DNA from: Spongospora subterranea f. sp. subterranea
Lineage: Eukaryota
Length of the DNA stretch: 64,000 nt
Assembly: GCA_049724395.1 (NCBI GenBank)
Contig: JAUGWO010000123.1
Coordinates: 1 to 64,000 of the forward strand
Direction of reading: 5' to 3'
The notes under the pieces were generated by a model, which had not been told where the DNA came from, did no database searches, and was given only the letters and a program-made list of their open reading frames with translations. Shown one piece after another: positions 59,553 through 64,000 of this stretch. Made by a program: the position numbers and the translations under genes. Numbering within the stretch: the first letter of the stretch is position 1; each line of letters starts with the position of its first letter.

Positions 59553-60790
59553 TCATTCTTTTCGGATGTAATCGGAACGTGCGTCTGAGTGGTCATCATG
59601 CAGATCAAGCTTATCTATGAGCAGCCCCTCGACGCCGTCGTCATGGGAAATCACTTTTGCCGGCGGCTCCTGATCGCGATCTGCATATGTTCCTATATAT
59701 GTAGAGGAAAGAAATTGAATCCTCCAGATAACAACTAACAAAAGTAGTTTGAACAACTTTTTTAACCTCCCTTGAAGAAACAAATGCGTTCTGTGAATGA
59801 AAATGCAATCCTCGATTCTTAAAAAATATGGCTCAAGTCACATTGAAATATATCACGCAAATGAAAAGCAGAAAACACAAGATGCAGCGAACCTGGCAGA
59901 CCGCGAGGATAATGGCGTCCCTTGCCAGGGCGGTATCCTGCAGTGAGTCCGCCGCTTGGGTATGGACCGAAATACGATGTCGGATTAGACTGACTATGAT
60001 GCGGGTGCCAACCAGACACCACATAGACGAACCCGTTCATGTCATAACACAGCGCCTGAGGGTAGTAAACGGGAGGCGGTGGTGATCTCACCACAACTGA
60101 GCTGGGGACCATGCGTCCTGGTGGCGGGATCGATCTGCTGCTTCTAACCGGGGATGGAGACACCAGGCGACGGTACGCCGACTGGCAATTGAGAACTTTA
60201 CCCATGAAAATGAGGGGAGGCTCATGTTCCTTGGCTCGCCGTGCTAGCTCCGCATCAGCAAAAGTGATGAAACCATATCTGTGTGGTCACCAAAGTGGAA
60301 TTAATTGTCGACATGTTTGACAAGCGCGGGGAATTGAAATATACAAACAACGCAACACTGAATGATTTGTCCCAGGCGGTTGATGACCTCGACAGAGGAA
60401 ATTAACAATCGGAAGACTCAAAGCCACTTAAAACAGTAAAACTCATCGCGACCGTGCTCGAAAGAAGTCGCGCGAAAGAGGGTTCACATTACATTAAGGC
60501 AAATTGAAAATAAAGTACCCTTTAGAGCGATGAGTGTCACGGTCTGTAATTATCCTGCAATGGTAAGCGGGTCCTATCACGGCATTGAAGAACTGCAAAA
60601 GGTCGTGCTCATTTGCCTGTGAATCGGTCAGCCGGATTGAGATGAAGGTCGCACTATACAGCGACAGCCAAAGAAGATTAAAAACACTACGCCAGCGCAC
60701 CTTCCAGTTGACGCCGCCAATGAAAACAGTTTCGCAGTCGGTGGGGATGGTTTCCTCAGGCGACTCGAATTGCGTTGCGGAAGAAAGCAT
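59553..60790 (-). CDS. Single-RRM RNA-binding protein with a Pro/Tyr-rich C-terminus, multi-exon
   Basis: RNP2 VFIGGV; RIITDRDTHRSKG|YGFITFAD (RNP1 split by an intron); MGKVLNC; PPPPVYYP. Confidence 0.8.
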
Positions 60791-63700
60791 TGTGGGGTCA
60801 CTTCAATCTCGAAATCGTGTTAGCGGAGTGGAACCACAATATGATAAATATGGGTTCAAAGGGGTTCCGAATCGATAATAGGGCCAGCCGGCGAGAGAGG
60901 AAAAAAGCCAGCCCCAAAAACCATACACACTCACACACACTATCGCCAGCCAATGGTATCGTAAGGGAGGGCGATACGGACTTTCGAAGCAGTGGTGAGG
61001 GGAATTATGGAGTATTCATTACAGATAACCGACCACAGTCACTCTGCTCAGTAGACAGTAGTGGACATTAAAAATAGGACCTGTGTGTAGTGAATATCGG
61101 CCCCGTTACAACCCGTTACGGCACTTTTACTTGAAGTGTACACCAGAGTGTTACGACATAAAATGTGACACTAAATTCCTGACTGCGCAGTAATGTGCAC
61201 AGTCCACATTACTGTATTTTGCATAAAATCGCACCGTGGACCAGTTGGCGTGCGGCGGGATGTTCTGCGAGGCCGACCCGACCCATTCTGTAATTGGCAT
61301 AGTAATTCCATAAATTTCTGGATTGCCTTCACGATCTTCTCCGAGTGTAGGCTTCTATTTGCAGTAATAAGCTTAGGAATACAGTGCAAATGCCTCGTCC
61401 TGAATTTTTATTTTGAACATTAAGCACCTCCGTAGAGTTTCACTCCTAGGTATTTTGGTATGAGCTCAAGCGCAAACCAGAAACAGAGTTCGTTGATCGA
61501 GCGGACTGCTGTCGATGCTCTTTCAACCATGTTAACCATTCCCATCCTCATGATGTTATCAGCATCTATCCGGAAGCTATTTTGGTTGAGATCCTTCCCG
61601 ATTATGTTGGGCACGTACGGCCGGTGACCCGCCGTTGCTTGAGTCATGGCCACTCCTTGCTTCAGAGAGCGAATGCCGTATCCAATTTGAATTTAGGGTC
61701 TAACTAAGTACCTGTGTGTGCCCTAGTAAAATAGACGAGAGGTTTTTACCAACTTTACATAGAGTCGTTCTTCAATGTCTATGTTGTTGATTTTCGTATT
61801 GAATTTGAATTCCATGCGAAACTGATTGGCGTAGCATTACAATTATAGTCCTGAAATTGAGAGATGTAAGGCCCGTAATTGCCAGTATTGATATCTGTCC
61901 CAGACATTAATGCCTGGGTGGACAACGTTTGATAAATCAATATCGCCATACACATGATTGAACGGCACTTGGCGTTCTTTCTCAGGGGTTTACATGATTC
62001 ATCAGACTCTCAGCTGCGTTTTCAAAGTTCGCCAATCAGGGCTATCAAAGGTGCAACATTGTGCATGTATTCGTTTAACGGGGATTAGAAAACATTTCAC
62101 GATGATCCCGGACGATGTCAATTTCTGGAAGAGGCCGTGGCATTCTCGATGTGATTACGAACATACATCACCTAACAAATACTCGAAATTCAAGGTTTTG
62201 GCTTTGTCTAAGCCTTTGCAGATTTTCCTGATGAATAATCCTACCATATAATTACAAAATCAGCTGATTTTTGAGGCATTGTGCCAAGGATTCTACCTCT
62301 ATGGGCATGATGACGTTCTCTAAAAATTCGAATTTTTGCGTCCGTCGCAGAAGTGTCAATATTCAACATTACATGTTCATTGTGAATCCCGCTTGATATT
62401 CTTTTACAATGTAATTTTGCAGAAGATGGAAACCTTTGAAATTGAAAATGTTGAAAACGTTTTGTGCAAAGTTGTTACGTTCTTGAAGGAAGACTGTCAA
62501 ATTGACTGGTAGCAATGGCAGCGTCATTTTTGGCGCAAGTCAGCAACAATCCTGAGCGATACACAGTTCGCGTTGCCGTCGAGGCTAGAAATGCATCTCA
62601 GTCCAATCGCCGAATGATTCCGACGAGAGAAACATTCCTTTTGCGATCGGGCACTCTTCCGGGCGTGACCGCTGCAATAGGTTGTGGATCAACTCAAGGG
62701 GACACGTCCCACAATATGAAGGGTATATATGATACAATGAATGCATTTTTTGGTCATTATTTGAAATACGCCCTAATAGATTTCGCAAGAACAAAAATAA
62801 ATATACAGTAAATCATCCTAATAAGACATTGGAAAAATGCCATAGGGTTCAGGGTCTAAGCTTGAAAATTGGCATTCCGGGGTTCAGGGTGTTAAGTCTT
62901 GAAACACAGCATTTTTTTGAGTGATACATACAAAATAGCTCAAAAACCCAAAAGTCGAAGGTCCCTAACAATTAGACAAATGAATAAATCTAGGCAGAGC
63001 TCTTTATAGAATCTTGTGGATCCAACAGCTTTCCGGTGCAACGAATGAACCAACACCAATCCGTTCTCCGAACGTGTCGAATCCAAACGGCATTGAAGGA
63101 TGCAACGCGACAATCAAAACAAAACCCGATTCTTTCCGGGAATCATTAGCGCCAATGTCATTTTGGTTCAAATCAAATGCAGGGTTCTGACCAATGACAT
63201 CTCCTCTAGAGACTACTCAATTGTACGCTGCAAAGATGCGCGGTAGATCCATTTTCTCAATGAAACTCTGCACCTGTTTGATTGAGCCAACTGAAACATC
63301 ACTATTCCTGGACGGGGTTAGATCACAGCTCGCCTCCCTTTTGCTCGAAGAGGCAGACCCGCCAGACGTGGTGCAAATCACCGACAAATCACCTGACGAT
63401 ACGACGACACGCAGTGCAGGTGCGTCAGGGCAGCTGGATCTGAGGGCTGTGTGCCAACAACGCGGAGAACTCTGATTCGTCGGTCGCGCCGACTTTGAGC
63501 AGGGTGTTCAGCTCCTTCAGCTGATCAATAAACGACTCCGACTTGAAGCGGCAATCAGGTTCGACGTGCAATGGCCGCTGTGTCGAGAACGGAGTCTGCA
63601 GAAAATATCCCCATAAAATCATTCTATTAAGACTTTTTCGCTGAAATGGGGGGGGGGTGAATTTGGTGCTGAAACTAAGACTTTTGCCAAACTGATCCGG

Positions 63701-64000
63701 GTCGAGGGGTCTTACGGTCCCAATTCAGGGTTCGGGCGTAAATAGTCTTGTCACAATGAATATTAATACTTGTATCTCAAAATAGGTACAGTCCTCATAT
63801 CCATGTGTACGGCTACGGTATCTGGTGCCGCAGCCTCCTCTCAGTCTCTATGCAATGTGATGTGAGAAATGCCCGTCCTTCAGAATACTGTGTGAGCCCA
63901 GAGCACTTTGTTAAGGTTACGCCGCGCCGTGGCCCTGTCAGAATATCAACTTAGTAGGGGTATCATATCGATCTCCATCGCAATTGTTATCCTCTGATTT

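Noticed and set aside
61100..64000. Short ORFs and gggttcaggg motifs resembling telomeric repeats
   Set aside because: The motifs are isolated rather than tandem, and the ORFs lack identifiable domains.

Overview
Eukaryotic, intron-containing genomic DNA. The host is probably a flagellated microbial eukaryote, inferred from CFAP52-like and ODA-DC-like genes; the species cannot be identified from sequence alone. TE-dense blocks lie at about 1-21 kb, 35-47 kb and 51-56 kb. A compact GC-rich gene island at about 21.8-35 kb holds a DUF229/sulfatase-fold protein, a WD40 protein, a membrane lectin, a bacterial-type Prx5-glutaredoxin fusion, TRM11 and CCT7. A CDK9/12-like kinase, a coiled-coil ODA-DC-like gene and an RRM gene lie further right. 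The most striking element (1-3774, minus strand) is an apparently chimeric LTR retrotransposon. It has a Copia-type half-tRNAiMet primer site and Copia integrase then RT, but a Ty3/Gypsy chromovirus-type gag and protease, with the protease fused in frame to the Copia GAG-pre-integrase. Other highlights: a pogo-like transposon with an N-terminal OTU protease domain, a nested RT-deleted chromovirus with a Tf1-like self-priming signature, an intact short-LTR Gypsy element without a TSD, and TIR elements carrying internal inverted copies of their own coding sequence. Several single-base frameshifts in host genes look like homopolymer sequencing errors. All family assignments come from motif recognition by eye; no database search was run.
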